64,000 nt of DNA from Octopus sinensis (GCF_006345805.1 NC_043011.1:65236464-65300463); one strand, 5' to 3'. Positions 39,576-56,085 are shown, numbered from the stretch's first letter. Notes: a model not told the origin generated them from the sequence alone. Made by a program: numbers and translations.

Positions 39576-40929
39576 TACAAACTGGGACAAAAACGCAAAA
39601 CATTTCGAAGACGATACAAAAAACACCGATGGGACATTCGAAGCCTTCAGTCTTCAGTCAAGAACCGGATCATCCTCGCAATTTCTGCTGATTAATCTTC
39701 AGATTGCCCCGATCTGGCCAGCCCGAAAGGAAAATCTAAGCCAACTGCATCAGATACCTTTGGAAGAGAGTCTCGAATGTATACAAAACAAGGACAGAAA
39801 AACGGACGATGTTACACGAATAAGAATATGAAAATACGTAAAAACAATAATGATAATAATAATAACAAAAACAGGACGTCACAGACAGGCGCCTTTCGAC
39901 AGAACGAGTAAACTTTGAGCTGGCGTGTTACATGAACAAAATAAAAAAAAAATAAACAAAGACAAATTACACGAACGTATATAAACAGAAGGTACAAATA
40001 TTACAGGCATCCCCCACACACACTCTAACTAAACATAGACGCACAAAGTGATATACGCATGCGCAAATGAAGAAACATACAATAGAAATACAAAATGGCT
40101 AACGGTTAGTAAGGAGAGACACAAATAAGAAAGAAGAAAACAAAGGACCACTGATGCGGTCACAGGAGTGTGACGAAAGAAATCTGGCTGAAATAAGATT
40201 AAGATTAATGTAAAAAATAAATGACACTGAAGCAAAATAACACCAAATATATAGTGCGTGTGTTTTTATTGGCTAAACTGGCAACGAGGCCATTCCGAAA
40301 TACAACAATGTCTGTTTCAACACACAACACACGACTTTACATTAAAATATAGCACAAGAAATATATAAATGTATATATATTTATTTATATATATATACAT
40401 ACATGTATATTTATATACATAGATACGCAAATGCTTATGTGTGTGTGTACGTTGCGTGTGTGTAAGTGAGATTATTGCCCATAGATGTATGTACGTACAC
40501 ATATCCATTTGTGTTTGGGAGATAAAAACTCTGAATAGCCAGCGCAAATTAGATTCCATGATGCTGGTACTAAGCACTGTTGAGGAACGTAAAACTAGAG
40601 ATAATCAGAGGAACGCTGCAGGGGAAAATGGCAATTTTGACTTAGCTATCAATCTTCATTATTTTGAGGAAGAAATTCCGGACCTGGCCTCTACTCTGCC
40701 AGCCTATGCAACCTAATCAGATTCTTGCATACGATTACAAGTGAGAAAAGGCCAGTTAATGCTTAAGTAGTTTACCTTTGCCTCAAAAATATTCCCCTGA
40801 CATGTAGAACGAAATCGAAAATTGTCAGAGCAGTATCAATACTTCTACAATCGCAAAAGTAATTCTTATACATACATACACGCACTCATATACAAATATC
40901 TACGTATATACATACATTTATACATACTT

Positions 40930-40995
<66 letters not shown>

Positions 40996-41291
40996 GTGTG
41001 TGTGTATATATATGCATATATAAATATATACTTATATACTTATTTATACATATAAATATATATGTATATCTATATGTATGAGTATATATATATATGTAAG
41101 TGTGTGTGAGGGTGTGGGTGTGTGTATGTACGTTTATGTTGAAATATTGGTTAATAGATACAGAAAGACAGGTTGACAAACAAGAATAGTGATGACTGGA
41201 TACCTTGTTAAATTTGGATTTTCACTGAGTTGAGCACAGAAATATCAGTTATTGTCATATCAATTAGTAACAGGATTATTGAGAAACTTAC

Positions 41292-41328
41292 CAATTAAGA
41301 GAAGCAAAATAAAGGCAGAAATGTTCAT
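41292..41328 (-). CDS. Copy C exon 1 (signal peptide MNISAFILLLLI)
   Basis: ATG...ATT G|GTAAGT, 37 nt. Confidence 0.85.
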
Positions 41329-42037
41329 ATTGATTTTTCCTCTCCAATGTGGCTTATTTTCTTTTGAAATATAATGCAACACATGTTGCATCATTCCGAA
41401 TTTTTATTATTATGAACTCTTTAAATGTTCATTCCACGTGATGAAATATTGTCTTTGCACGTCAGCTATTTTGAATTTATAAGTATAAGAAGAAACGTTT
41501 CTCTAGAACTTGTGTTTTAACATATATATTAAATAAAACGTTATTTCCCAGCTTGTACCTCCAATGCAAACACATACACGAGGTCATATGCACAATCCAT
41601 ATTGTTTCATATAAACCATCTATTTTACGTTAGGTCTCTGGCCTTGCACAACTTATGCAATTAGCTCTGTTTCTAGATTCCTGTTAATGAATAATGACTA
41701 AGGGATATTAATGCCTCTCACAACGAAACTGTATATAGCAAGATCGGGCATTCTTTTAGAATATATTACTGATAAACTGATGTGCATTGAAACAATTCTC
41801 TAGATTTTAGGTTTATTGTTTTTAATATACTCACAACTGCTTCGTATCTGTTTGAAAATGCCTTTGAGAGGAATCTGACAAAGCCGTTTAGGTTGTTGAA
41901 GTATGTTGACCTGGTTTTTTTTCTGAGGTGATGAGAGTTTCGAAGAACTGAGAGAGGAGATCGTTTTGGCGTAGACAGCTGTCCTTCGGCAGATGAAATG
42001 CCGCTAAACATTTTGCCAGGCATTCTAACGTTTCTCG

Positions 42038-42092
<55 letters not shown>

Positions 42093-42195
42093 AATTAAGT
42101 AGAGAGGTAAGATGACGATCCAATAATTTTTATACAATATAATGTAACGTTATATACTATGAATATAATATGATAGGCTATAATGTGCTGAGGAA

Positions 42196-42565
42196 GGCGG
42201 TGAGCTGGCCGAAACGTTAGCACCCCGGGCGAAATGCGTAGCCGTACTTCGTCTGCCGTTACATTCTGAGTTCAAATTCCGCCGGGATCAAAATTGCCTT
42301 TGATCCCTTTGCGGTCGATAAGTTAAGTACCAGCTACGCACTGGGGTCCATATAATCAACTTAATCCATGTGTCTGTCCTTGTTTGACTCCTCTGTGTTT
42401 AGTCCCTTGCGGGTAGTAAAGAAATAGGTATTTCGTCTGCCGCTACGTTCTGATTTCAAATTCCACCGAGGTCGACTTTGCCTTTATCAGTTACTCACTA
42501 GGGTTGATATAATCGACTTAATCCGTTTGTCTGTCTTTGTTTGTCCCCTCTGTGGGTAGTAAAGA
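42196..42565 (+). mobile_element. tRNA-derived SINE (family of 7181-7416) plus a tandem partial second copy
   Basis: ggcggtgagctggccgaaacgttagc...gggtagtaaagaaata, then restart at gtatttcgtctgccg. Confidence 0.9.
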
Positions 42566-42705
42566 TCAAAGTTGCACATATTGTCAACCAAGTGACGTGT
42601 TCAACTGCTTATGGTCATGCAACTGACAAGCAAATCTGTGATATTGAGCAGAATGTAAGAGACATTGCATGTTATTACATCCGAGTCCCTCTTCTTCTTC
42701 TTCTT

Positions 42706-44099
<1,394 letters not shown>

Positions 44100-44148
44100 G
44101 TGGTTGTTGTTATTATTATTATTATTATTATTATCATCATCATTATTA

Positions 44149-44186
<38 letters not shown>

Positions 44187-44209
44187 GTTACAATTAATAT
44201 TATTATTAT

Positions 44210-47200
44210 TGTTTATGGGTTTTTCTTCTTCTTTCAAATTTGCTTCCATTTCTTGCTGGGTATCTTCCCGACTCCTAGGGCAAAGAAACTCATTGTATAT
44301 ATTAGTAGGCCATTGAATTAAATTCACTAGTTCGTTCATTTTTCTTTTATAGAAATAAAGATAAATTAAAATACATGGGTAGTAATAGTTCTCAAATCGA
44401 CAATGCTCTTCTCAATACGTGTTATGTACCAGTTAAGACAATATTTTGCACTTCTTAAAGGGAAAGTAAGCCAGGGATCATTCTCATATAATTTTCGGTT
44501 CCCTTCGTGATCATTCCTAGTGCTCCTACGATCACTGGTATTGTAACCGCCTTGAGATGCCACATTTTCTCAATTTCAATGAGCAAAGCTTATTTTTTTG
44601 GTCTTTCACAATATCCGGTTTATTGGCTTTGATGGTTCGGTCTGTATGTACTGGAGAGTCCCACAGAATCGTTACATTTTCTCCTTCAATTACAGCCTCA
44701 GGGTGGTGATTATACCACTTGTCTGCAGTTTTGATATTGTAATGCCGACATATTAGCCAATGTAGATATTGGCCAACTCTGTCATGTCTTAATTTATACT
44801 CCATTGGTGCTAAGACTTTACGTCCAGAGATTAGGTGGTCCACTGTTTCAATCATGTCATTGCAGAATCGGCATTTTGTGTTTGCTCCAATTTTAATCAC
44901 ATTGGTCTGGTAGTTCCGGGTTAATAGGCTTTGATCTTGAGCAGCCAGGATGAAACCTTCGCTCTCTGGTTTTAGCCCTGAGCTCCGTAGCCACTGATGG
45001 GTTTGCTTCTTGTCAACATCAGCTTATTTGCTGCGGGTTACATATTTGCCGTGCAGAGGTTTCTCCTCCCACCTATCAGCCAAATGCTCGTGTGCTTTTT
45101 TCGTTGCCATTATTTTCACCTTTGCAGCAATAGTTACCGTACTTCCCTCAGGTTGTTCAGTTTGGGTATTCCGCACGAGATCAATAGCAAAACTTTTGCT
45201 TTCCTTTATGTTAGAATGAAGCTTCTTTCGTCTCTCATGATTTTCTACGAGCTTTAGCATCCAGTCATTCGTTATTTCGAGATATTTGGCCAGTTCAATT
45301 GTGGTTGTTTTGTACGAACTACGTCTGCCTTTGGGTGGTGCATCCTATTACAACTCAGCAGCTTGCGTATTTTCCTATCTATATTCTTTATTTCACTCAT
45401 ATTCCAGTTCAACACGTTGTAGCTAAAAGTAACAACTGGAACTCCAAAGGAATTTATAGCTAACACCTTGTTACGTGCATTTAGTTCAGATTTCAGGACT
45501 ACACGAACTCTCCTATAACATTCCTTCCTGATCTTCTCTTTCATGCTTGCATGCTGAATACCAGAGCCTTCCTTTATACCTAAATATTTTAAAGTTTGTT
45601 CTTGTCCAAGCTTTCTTATGACTTTGTCAACATCTAATAGACTGAATTTGTGGTCTTCATTTTCCCTTTCTGGAAAGTGGCCTTGGCACACTTCTCAACC
45701 GCAAACTGCATCCCGATGTCATCGCTGAATGCTTTCACAGTGCGCAATAGGTCTTCAAGTTCATTATCGTCTTTACCATAGAGTTTTAAGTCATCCATAT
45801 AAAATAGATGGCTTATTTTTTTATTGGCAATTTTATACCCATACTCTGTTCTGTTTAATTAACTTGTAAGGGGTATTAGGGCTATGCAAAATATTAAAGG
45901 TGAAAGTGAGTCACCTTGAAAAATTCCACAGTTGATGTTTATATTCTATGAGGCAAGTACTCCATTAGAGTAGTATAATTGGAGATTCGTATTCCACAAC
46001 GACATATTGTGCTTCAGGAAGTTTGAAATCACAGGGGAAATTTTGAAGATGTCCAGCGATATCAAGATCCATGGATGCGGTATACTGTCGAAGGCCTTTT
46101 TTATAGTCAATCCATGCGGGGCTGAGATTTCTGCACTTGTTGTGACAGTTCTCAAGGATCATACGATTGATTAGCAGTTAATCTTTGCATCCGTAAGAGC
46201 CTCGGCGACACCCTTTTTGTTCAGTGGGGAAAATATTGTTCTTCTCCATGTAAGCATATGTTTTCTCCGCCAGTATAGATGTTAGCATTTTATACGTGGT
46301 GGATAAACAGGTTATATGGCGATAGTTTTTTGGAAGGTTGGTTTCGTTATTCTTTGGGAGTAGGTAAGTAATACCACTTGCTAACCATTCAGGTGTTTTC
46401 TTTGTGTCTCTCATAATTCCATTCAACAGCTGAACTAGCTTACCGTGTGCGCATGGGAGCGATGCGAGCCAGAAATTCGGCACCCTATCTTTCCCGGGGA
46501 TTTCCAACTATGGGCCTTCGTGAGTGCCTTTATTAGGTTTGCTATTGTGATGTCTTCCCATGCTTGCTGTAAATGTTGGTAGGATCCTTCTGTTTGTATA
46601 ATCCAGTCTACATTTATATTGTACGTCTTCTCGTCACTCCAAATCCTTTTCCAAAAGTTTTGAACTTCTTCTATGGGGTGGGGGGTCTTTAAGCGTTACA
46701 TTCTCCTTCCCTATTTCTCTGTAGAATTTTTTGGCATTGGATGTGAACAGCTTATTTTGCTTGTTAAACTTGTTTCTCTTCTCAAATCTTCGTATTCTTT
46801 GAGCTTTTGCTTGGACATTTTGTTTCAGCGTTTCTTTTATTTATATCAGTTCTTCTCTAGGTGAGGATCCAAATTTTCTCTTCATCTTTCTTCCTGTTCA
46901 GAATATTACAACATTTTCACATATTAGTCAATTTAATATTGATATTTCCCCCCTCATATATTCAATCACTTTTTCAATTTTACTTCGCCAGGTTTGATTT
47001 CTTTCCAGGTTTGGTTTTCTTTGTTTTTTTCGGGGGCATACAGCTGGTTCCAATTGCCGTTGCAGAAGCGTAAATTATTTCTTTTAACTCAGTAAAATCA
47101 GGTTCTAATTCTTGTATTATTTCATTTGTTACATAGTTGCCAATTTTGATTTGTTTTTAATTTTGGTTTGTATTTGAGAGTTTATGAAGTTGTTCTCTAT

Positions 47201-48070
47201 CATTCATACTTGTATGTCTTACAACTTCAAGCGTATTCAGGTTTTTCTGCCTCATTTCTGCTATAGACTCTCTGTGTTCTTCAGCAAATGCGAGATCTTC
47301 AGTTACTGTTGTTTTATCATTTTCCTGACTTTCTTTAACAGGTACAATAGAATTTCTTGTATCTTCAGGCCTTTGCGTACTTTGGTCAGATGGCAGTCTT
47401 TCAATTAAGCCTCGTGGCGGGCTATACTGTTCATCTGATTCTTCATTTCCTTTGTGTCTTATATTTATGTCATTTTCCGTTGCGTGCTTGATCGCGTTTA
47501 TTTCACTGTCTGTGAGTCTGTTATTTCTGAGGATATTCCTCCTCCCATTTGTCAATTTGTTCTCGTCCAAATAGGACCTACTGACTTGATTCTGTGTTCT
47601 CCATATACTGTAAGTGTTTGCGGTGTGTCTCTCTTGAGATGGCCTACCTAATGCATAGTAATTAGCGTATATTACTTCTTTATACTCTTCTCGGGTCCAT
47701 TTGTTCCGCTTACATTTTTCTTTCTGTGGTGGTTGTGGTGATGAACTTGGAGGGCTCGAGTTCGGGAATTTCCCGTTCAAGTGACCATCCATCCGGAGAA
47801 GAGCTTGTGCCAGTTGATGACTTTTCGATTCTAGGCTGGCTCTGCCATGGGGCGCGCGCTTCCAGATTATCCACAGGACAAGCGATTTGGTATACTGATT
47901 TAGTTTTCCTTTTAGTTTCCAAAAACATTTTGGTGCTACGATAATGTTATCATTTTTGTGCCCTGAGTGGCTCGTGGGGAGACGGCCATCATTGCCGTTG
48001 CAATTATAATCGTACCATTATAGCAGCCGTAGCCGACCTGTGGTCACTTCTTGTAGTCATGGCAACAGTG
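44210..48070 (-). mobile_element. Near full-length Dong/R4 LINE, same subfamily as 20110-23101
   Basis: N-terminal KWTREEYKEVIYA, RT (YMDD), CCHC and REL remnants; 3' UTR shared with 23040-23101; (ATT)n both sides. Confidence 0.92.
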
Positions 48071-48364
48071 TATTATTATTATTATTTAGAGGAAGGATAA
48101 GGCAGGAGTGTAATATTATTATTATTATTATTTAGAGGAAGGATAGGGCAGGTTGGCAGTTGATAGGCATGATGGCAGACATACAGTTGGATATCGTTAG
48201 TCTATAAATAGACTCAATAGGAGAAGGCAAGGGGTGAAAGTGTGATTGTACCCATGTGGTCCAGCAATAAGCGGTCAGAAGAGGTCAAATATGTGTTTAC
48301 TACCGACTCACCTTGCGCGTTTTAATTACCGATAGAAAGATAGAAATAAAATACATACACTCAC

Positions 48365-49210
48365 ATATATATAATTTCTATATATATAAATTGCTTAAAT
48401 TAGTTATCCAATGGCGTTTAAGAGTCTTCTAGCAGATTTTTTTTTTCATAGTTTTTTATTCACAGTACAATTTATATATTAAAGATGATCGTTTGTGTGT
48501 GTTTAGCAATTTTAAATTGTTTATCATTTGTGTGTTCGTCCAGAGAAAACTGAATATAATCAAGTTTTTCAGCCTGTAAATTGTTTAAGTAAAGATATCC
48601 TGAGAGTTAAAGTGTTTTCTTGCAGAGAAATTTTTTACATATTTGGCTATTCACATTACAGTGTAGATATAAAAGTTATTAAAGATGATCGTTTGTGTGT
48701 TCACGGAAACTTTTACATTTCACATAATATTATAGATATTAATGTTTTTAGAGATGATCGTTTGTGTGTCCGTCCAGAGAATACTGTAGATAGTCAAGTT
48801 TTTAAAGTTATTTAGAATGAGATTTTGAATATCCACAGAGGATTATAGATACTTAAGTTTTCAAAAAAAATGTTTTTTGGTTGTAATAGAATGTCTGCGT
48901 ATATATATATAATTTCTATATATATAAATTGCTTAAGTTGGATAACCGGAGGCGTCTAAGAGTGTTCAAGCAGAGAAAAAAGGGATGTTTACATATTTAG
49001 CTAGTCAGAGAGAAAACAAGAGTTCTGGGTATTCATAGGAAATTGTAGATATTAAAGTTTTAAAGATGATTGTTTGTGTGTTCGTCCAGAGAAAATTGTA
49101 GATAATCAAATTTTTAATGCTAATCAGAATGAGATTTTAGGTACTCACGGACAATTTTAGATATTCCAGTTTTTAGAAGTTGGTTTTTCAGTTGTAGTAG
49201 AATTCCTGTG
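48365..49210 (+). repeat. Diverged tandem duplication with internal subrepeats
   Basis: ataatttctatatatataaattgcttaa starts units at ~48370 and ~48908; aaagatgatcgtttgtgtgt-like motif at ~48481, 48681, 48751, 49062. Confidence 0.8.
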
Positions 49211-49343
49211 TCTTCAAGTGCTGACTTATCAGAGCAGCGAAAGACACGTCTAGCTGCTACAAGGGCACTCACCAAGGCCCATAATTGGAAATCTCCCGGT
49301 AAAGACAGGGTGCCGAATTTCTAGCTCTCATCGCTCCCATGCG

Positions 49344-49415
<72 letters not shown>

Positions 49416-49418
<3 letters not shown>

Positions 49419-52400
49419 TTTTATTTTTATAGCGTGCTTTCACTCCACTACCGAGCGAATTTCTGTGTGCCTTCGGTATGTGCTGTGATTTGTTGTGATG
49501 CTCTGATGGTTATTGTATGGAAAGTGTTCTGCGTAGGATGTGTGCAGTGCCTAGTAGTGCAATTTTCTGTATGTTATATGTGTTTGTAAGTCCTGGTGTT
49601 TTTGTTATGTATTTGTCTGAATATTTTTTTATCATGCCTAATGCACTTACTATGAAAGGGTATGTTTTTGTTTTTAGATTCCACATTCTGATTACCACTA
49701 TTTCCAGGTCTTTGTATTTTGAGAGTTTCTCCATTTCTTTTAGAGACACGTTGTCATCTGCCGGTATCGATACATCAAGTAGAAAGCATTTTTTTCTTCA
49801 TAAACTCTAACAACTATATCTGGTCTGTTGGCCTTAATTTCTCTATCTGTGTGTATCGGCATATCCCAGAGTATGGTTGCTTTCTCGTTTTCTGTGACCT
49901 ATTCTGGTGTGTGCCTATACCATCTTTTTTCTGTTGTTATTCCATAATGTTGGCATAGCTTCCAATGTATGTAGGTTCCAACTCTGTCATGCCTGTGAAT
50001 ATATTCCTTCTTAGCCGGGACTGGGCAGCTAGAGATAATATGATTTATTGTTTCTTGTCCATCTCCACATATTCTGCAGTTACTTGTAATATTTCTTTTC
50101 ATTACATGTTTTTAGTAATTTCTGGTCGGGAGGCTTTGGTCTTGTGCTGCAATTAAGAAACCCTCTGTCTCTGCCTTGAGTCCTGAGCTTCTCAACCATT
50201 GCTGGGATATTTCTTTGTCTATTTCTTTTGCGTTTAGTTTAGTCCAGTATTTACCATGAAGGGGCTTCTCTTGCTATCGTTTATCATGGTTCATTGCTGT
50301 TATAGTTTTAGTTTGGATTTCATTTGTTTTATAGCTTTTCTTGTTTCTTCATCTTCTTCATCTTCTTCATATTTGTTAGGTGGTATGATGTCTTGTTTGT
50401 ATTTGTCAGCTTCCTTAAATACTGAGAACAATGTTTTGTTTCGCTCGTGTTTTACCGCTATCTGTATCAGTTTTCCTTCCTTCTTAACTAGATATTTTTG
50501 CAGTCCTATGGTGGGTATTTTATAGTAGTTTTCCAGCTGTATAAGGCCTCTACCAACTACTATACTTTGTATATATCGTCTTTTTAAGTCAGATTTTGGG
50601 TGATGCATCCTAGATCCTGTCAGTATTTTTCTTGTTTTCCTATCTATTTTGCTCAGTTCATTTCGTGTCCAATTAAGGATATTGTAGCTGTAACATATAA
50701 CTGGTACAGCTAAAGTGTTAACAACTATCATCTTGTTTTTAGCATTAAGCTCTGATTTTAACATTGATCTAACTCGTCTATAATATTCTTTTTTTATTTC
50801 TCTTTCATTTGTGTGTGTTGTGTCTTATCTAGTTCATGAATTCCGAAGTATTTGTAAGTTTGGCTGTGGTCTAAATCTTTTATTTCATCAGTTTTATCTA
50901 GTGTGATGTTGCTACTCTTAACTAATTTTCCTCTTTTCGTGGTTACTTTGGCGCATTTTTGTAATCCAAATTTCATATCTATTTCTTTGGTAAATCCATG
51001 AACTGTCTTTAATAGATTTTCCAGCAGTTTGTCATTAGCAGACTATAGTTTTAGGTCATCTATATATAAAAGGTGGCTGATCGTTTTGCCGTAACATTTA
51101 TATCCGCATCCAGTACTATTTTGCATATCAGATAGAGGTGACAGTGCCAAGCAGAAAAGGAGTGGATAGAGCGTGTCTCCCTGGAATATTCCTCTTCTTA
51201 TGGGGATGGCTTTGGTTTTCATGAGTCCCGCTTTTGTTTGGAGGTGTAGCACTGTTCGCCATTTATTCATAGATTGTCCTACGAATTTTCTAATTGTTGG
51301 TGATACTTTGTTAATGGCTAGTGTTTCGAGGATCCATGTGTGGGGCATGCTATCAAAAGCCTTTTTGTATTCGATCCAGGCCATACTGAGGCATTTCTTC
51401 TTAGTTGATCTGTACAGCCGTATGTGCTTTTGCGGCATCTTTTCTGCCTTCTGGAAACATGTTGATTTCATCCAGGTGCTTGTTCAACCTTTGCGATATC
51501 ACTGCAGTAAATGCTTTGTACATTGTATGGAGACAGGTTATTGGTCAGTAATTTTCTGGCTTAGCTGTCTCCTTTGATTTGGGAATTAAGATGGTTTTTC
51601 CCTTCGTGAGCCATTCAGGCCTTGTCTCTTGCACTGCCAGTATGTTGTTACAATTTTCAGCCAGCTTTTTGTGCATTCCTGTTAGATATTTCAACCAGAA
51701 GTTGGAGGTCTTGTCATGCCTAGGTGCATTCTAGTTGCTTAGTCTTTGCAGTGCCTGGGTGACCTCTTCAATTGTTATGGGGGTCCAAATTCGCTCAGAT
51801 GCTGAATCTGTTGTTTTAATACTCCTTTTTGTTTGGTTGTTCGTTCGCCTCCAGTATTTTTCCACTTCTTCTGCCGTTGGTGCTGCAGTGATTTCTATTT
51901 TATTTTTGCCAAATTGTTGGTAGAACTTTTTGCGGTTGGAGTTGAACTTTTTGTTTTGTTCAAAGAAGCGCTCGCGTTTCTCGTACCGGCGGATCCTTTC
52001 TGCTTTTGCAAGGCTATCTTGCTCCATCTTTTCATTTATCTCAGGTAAATCTTTTTCTGTGATGTTGTATTTGCGGAGTATTTTTGTTTTCATTTTGTTG
52101 CCCAGTTTTGTTGATTGTCTACTGATTTCATTAAGAAATAACAGATCTTTTCTCATTTTTTGTATTTTGTTTTGGATGTTATTTATCCACAGGGTTTCTT
52201 TGGGTGGTGGTACTCCTGTTTGGACGGGTTTGAGTGAGTATCCAGTCTCCTTTGTGGCTGCAGTGGCTGCTGCGTATACTAAGTCATTTAGCTCAGTGAT
52301 TCCGCTTTTTGTTTCAGTGGCTATTAATTCCGTGACGGCTAGGTTTATGCTGTTTATAATTGGTGTTATGTTTTCGTCTATTTAGATTTTTGGGAGGTAT

Positions 52401-53483
52401 GGTCGGTGGTCCATTTTGAGCTCTGTGGTTTTCAGTTCTTTGATTATCCTACTTTTTATATTATCATAATCATTAGGCTCCCCTTCATTCCTTCCAGGTT
52501 TTACGTTTCTGTCACTTTCTTTCTTATTTGTATGTTTATTTGTCGTGTTTTGGCTTGCTGTTTGTCATGTATTATTATGCATCCTTACGGTCTGGGTTTG
52601 TTGTTTTTTGTTTACATCGTGTTTGTTGGGAATGTTACGTTTGTCTTCGTGTTTTACAGTTTCAGTGTTTATATTATTGGGCATTGTTGTGTTGCTTCTA
52701 TCTACTTTTTCCTGGTGTATTTTTTTTCTTTTAGATGTTCTATTTCTATTTCTGATATTTTGTTTGTGTTGAGAATGTATCTTCGTACGTTAGCTAATTT
52801 ATTAGGGTTCATTGCTGTATCCAAGTCTGAATCTCTATTATTTTCCTTCCATATTTTATATGTATGTGTTTTTGTGTTTTCATTCTTTGGGTAGAGTACT
52901 GCTGTAAAGTGAGCGTGTACGATAGAAATGTATTCCTCACGTGTCAATTTATGTCTTTTGGGTCTTATTTGGGGACATGAGGAACAACGTTCGGCCCATT
53001 ATTTTGACGGTCGTCATTTTCGTAGGGTACCGGTCCGTTCATTTCTATTGTCACATTGTTTTGCACGTGTAGGTTTTGGTACATTTTGTGTCGTAAGTTT
53101 AAAGTACGTACTTCCCGATTGTTACTCTTGGGTTGAATAATATCGTTGTTATTTAATTTTTTTGTAGTGTTTTTGTACATGGTGTTTGGGGTCGGGGATT
53201 TATCTGGTGTTGATGGATCGTCATATTTCATGCATGTTTACATGTGTTATGTTAGAGGTCGAGTTAAATTACATCAATTCGTTTTGAAAATACTAATAAA
53301 TTTCAATGGATATTACTTACTGGGATATAGTTCAATACTTTGTGAGTAAATTGTTGGCTCCATACGATGTCTTTGTCTTCGATGTTTGTGGATAGATTAC
53401 GGAGTGCTGTTTTATCGCTCTCACGTGTTTAACATCCCCGGTGTAATCTGTTCAACGTCACCGGTGTCTTTAACGTCCCCGGT

Positions 53484-53485
<2 letters not shown>
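49416..53485 (-). mobile_element. Near full-length Dong/R4 LINE, second subfamily
   Basis: TREEYISIVHA N-terminus, GIFQGDTL, HLLYIDDLKL, CRIC..ETINHIISSC, REL; three ~14-bp repeats at the 5' end (53431-53485); (ATT)n both sides. Confidence 0.92.
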
Positions 53486-53580
<95 letters not shown>

Positions 53581-53607
53581 ATTATTATTATTATTATTAT
53601 TATTATT

Positions 53608-55283
53608 CAGTAGTTTTATATTTATAGCGTGCTTTCACTTCACTACCGAGCGCAGCTCTGTGTGAATTGTTTCTGTTTTCAGGTTCCACATTCTAGTTAC
53701 CTCTATTTCCAGGTCTTTGTATTTTGAGAGTTTCTCCATTTCTTTTAGAGACACGTTGTCATCAGCCGGTATTGATATATCAAGTAGAAAGCATTTTTTT
53801 CTTCATGATCTCTGACAACTATATCTGGTCAATTGGCCTTAATTTCTCTATCTGTGTGTATCGGCATATCCCAGAGTATGGTTGCTTTCTCGTTTTCTGT
53901 GACCTATTCTGGTGTGTGCCTATACCATCTTTTTTCTGTTGTTATTCCATAATGTTGGCATAGCTTCCAATATATGTAGGTTCCAACTCTGTCTGTGAAT
54001 ATATTCCTTCTTAGCCAGGACTGGGCAGCAAGAGATAACATGATTTATTGTTTCTTGTCCATCTCCACATATTCTGCAGCTACTTGTAATATTTCTTTTC
54101 ATTACATGTTTTGGTAATTTCTGGTGGGGCGGCTTTGGTCTTGTGCTGCAATTAAAAATCCCTCTGTTTCTGCTTCGAATCCTGAGCTTCTCAACCATTG
54201 CTGGGATTTTTCTTTGTCTATTTCTTTTGCGTTTAGTTTAGTGCAGTATTTACCATGAAGGGGTTTTTCTTGCCATCGTTTTATCATGGCTCGTTGCTGT
54301 TCTATTTTTAGTTTGGATTTCATTTGTTTTATAGCTTTTGTTGTTTCTTCATCATCTTCTTCTTCCCCTTTGCGTTTATTAGGTGGTATGATTTCTTGTT
54401 TGTATTTGTCAGCTTCCTTAAATACTGAGAACAGTTTTTTGTTTTTCTCATGTTTTGCTGCTATCTGGATCAGTTTTCCTTCCTTCTGAAGTAGGTATTT
54501 TTGCAGTCCTATGGTGGTTATTTTATAGTAGTTTTCCAGCTGTATAAGGCCTCTACCACCTTCTATACGTTGTATATATAGTTTTTCTATGTCAGATTTT
54601 GGGTGATGCATCCTAGATCCTGTCAGTATTTTTCTTGTTTTCCTATCTATTTTGGACAGTTCATTTCGTGTCCAGTTAAGGATATTGTAGCTGTAACTTA
54701 TAACTGGGACAGCTAAAGTGTTGATACCTATTATCTTGTTTTTAGCATTGAGCTCTGTTTTTTGTATTGATCTAACTCGTCTATAATATTCTTTTTTTAT
54801 TTTCTCTTTCATTTGTGTGTGTTGTGTCTTATCTAGTTCATGGATTCCTAAGTATTTGTAAGTTTGGCTTGGGTCTAATTCTTTTATTTCATTGGTTTTA
54901 TCTAGTGTGATGTTGTTACTCTTAACTAGTTTTCCTCTTTTCATGGTTACTTTGGCGCATTTTTCTAATCCAAATTTCATATCTATTTCTTTGGTAAATC
55001 CATGAACTGTCTTTAATAGTGTTTCCAGCTGTTTGTCATTTGCAGCGTATAGTTTTAGGTCATCCATATATAAAAGGTGGCTGATCGTTTTGCCGTAACA
55101 TTTATATCCGCATCCAGTTCTATTTAGCATATCAGATAGAGGTGACAGTGCCAAGCAGAAAAGGAGTGGAGAGAGCGTGTCTCCCTGGAATATTCCTCTT
55201 CCAATGGGGATGTCTTTGGTTTTCATGAGTCCCGCTTTTGTTTGGAGGTGTAGGACTGTTTGCCATTTGTTCATAGAGTGCTC
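53608..55283 (-). mobile_element. 5'-truncated Dong/R4 LINE, same subfamily as 49416-53485
   Basis: 390-aa ORF 54102-55274 with GIFQGDTLSP and YMDD; deletion near 53664; (ATT)n both sides. Confidence 0.92.
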
Positions 55284-55333
<50 letters not shown>

Positions 55334-55509
55334 TATTATTATTATTATTTTATTATTATTATTATTATTACTATTATTATTATTATTATTATGTTTATTT
55401 AAATTATTATTATTATTGTTATTAATATTATTATTATCAAATGACAGATTAGTGTATGCCTTTATGGTGAACCTTGGTTAAAATATAGGAAGCCTAGTAT
55501 GATAACTGT

Positions 55510-55975
55510 GCAACAGGCGCATGCATCACAAGCTTGTGTCGGCAGCATGGTGGGTTTTATATCAAGTTTAGTAGCGCCTGACATTGCAGCTGGGATCCAG
55601 CTGCAATTTTCTTCAGGTAGGAAAGCAAATCCCACTGAAATAATTCCCGAAGAAGGCTTGTATATTGTTTTGGGACAAAACAACCATGTTTCCAGAGGTG
55701 AATTGTTCAAACTCCAAAGATTGCTTCTCAAGATGTGGCTATGGTGCTCCACAACTACTTCTGTTCGTGATCAGAGATGCACATATCGTCAGCCACTAAA
55801 AGACATGCTCAACTGGTTAAGGTCAAACAACTGACAAGCAAATCTGTTGTATTGAGCAGAATATTTACTGTAGCCCATCTTTTACGCCAAGACAAAACAA
55901 TGTATATGATAACACATCCAATCAGTTAATATCAAAAGCCATGAGAGCCACTGTCTCTTACTGCATCAGGGCATT
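55510..55975 (-). mobile_element. Interspersed repeat (SINE-like); related fragment at ~42570-42660
   Basis: Shared caactgacaagcaaatctgt..tattgagcagaat; orientation inferred. Confidence 0.55.
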
Positions 55976-56085
55976 GTTAAATTGTGCTTTCTATGGCAAT
56001 AAATTTCCTTTTTTGCGATTATATTCATTAAAAATCCGCTTCCATCAAATATTCAACAGGTTCCTTTATTCAATTCCACGGGTCT

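Noticed and set aside
39640-39710. Two CTGAAGA motifs on the minus strand
   Set aside because: No complete stems or cleavage triplet.
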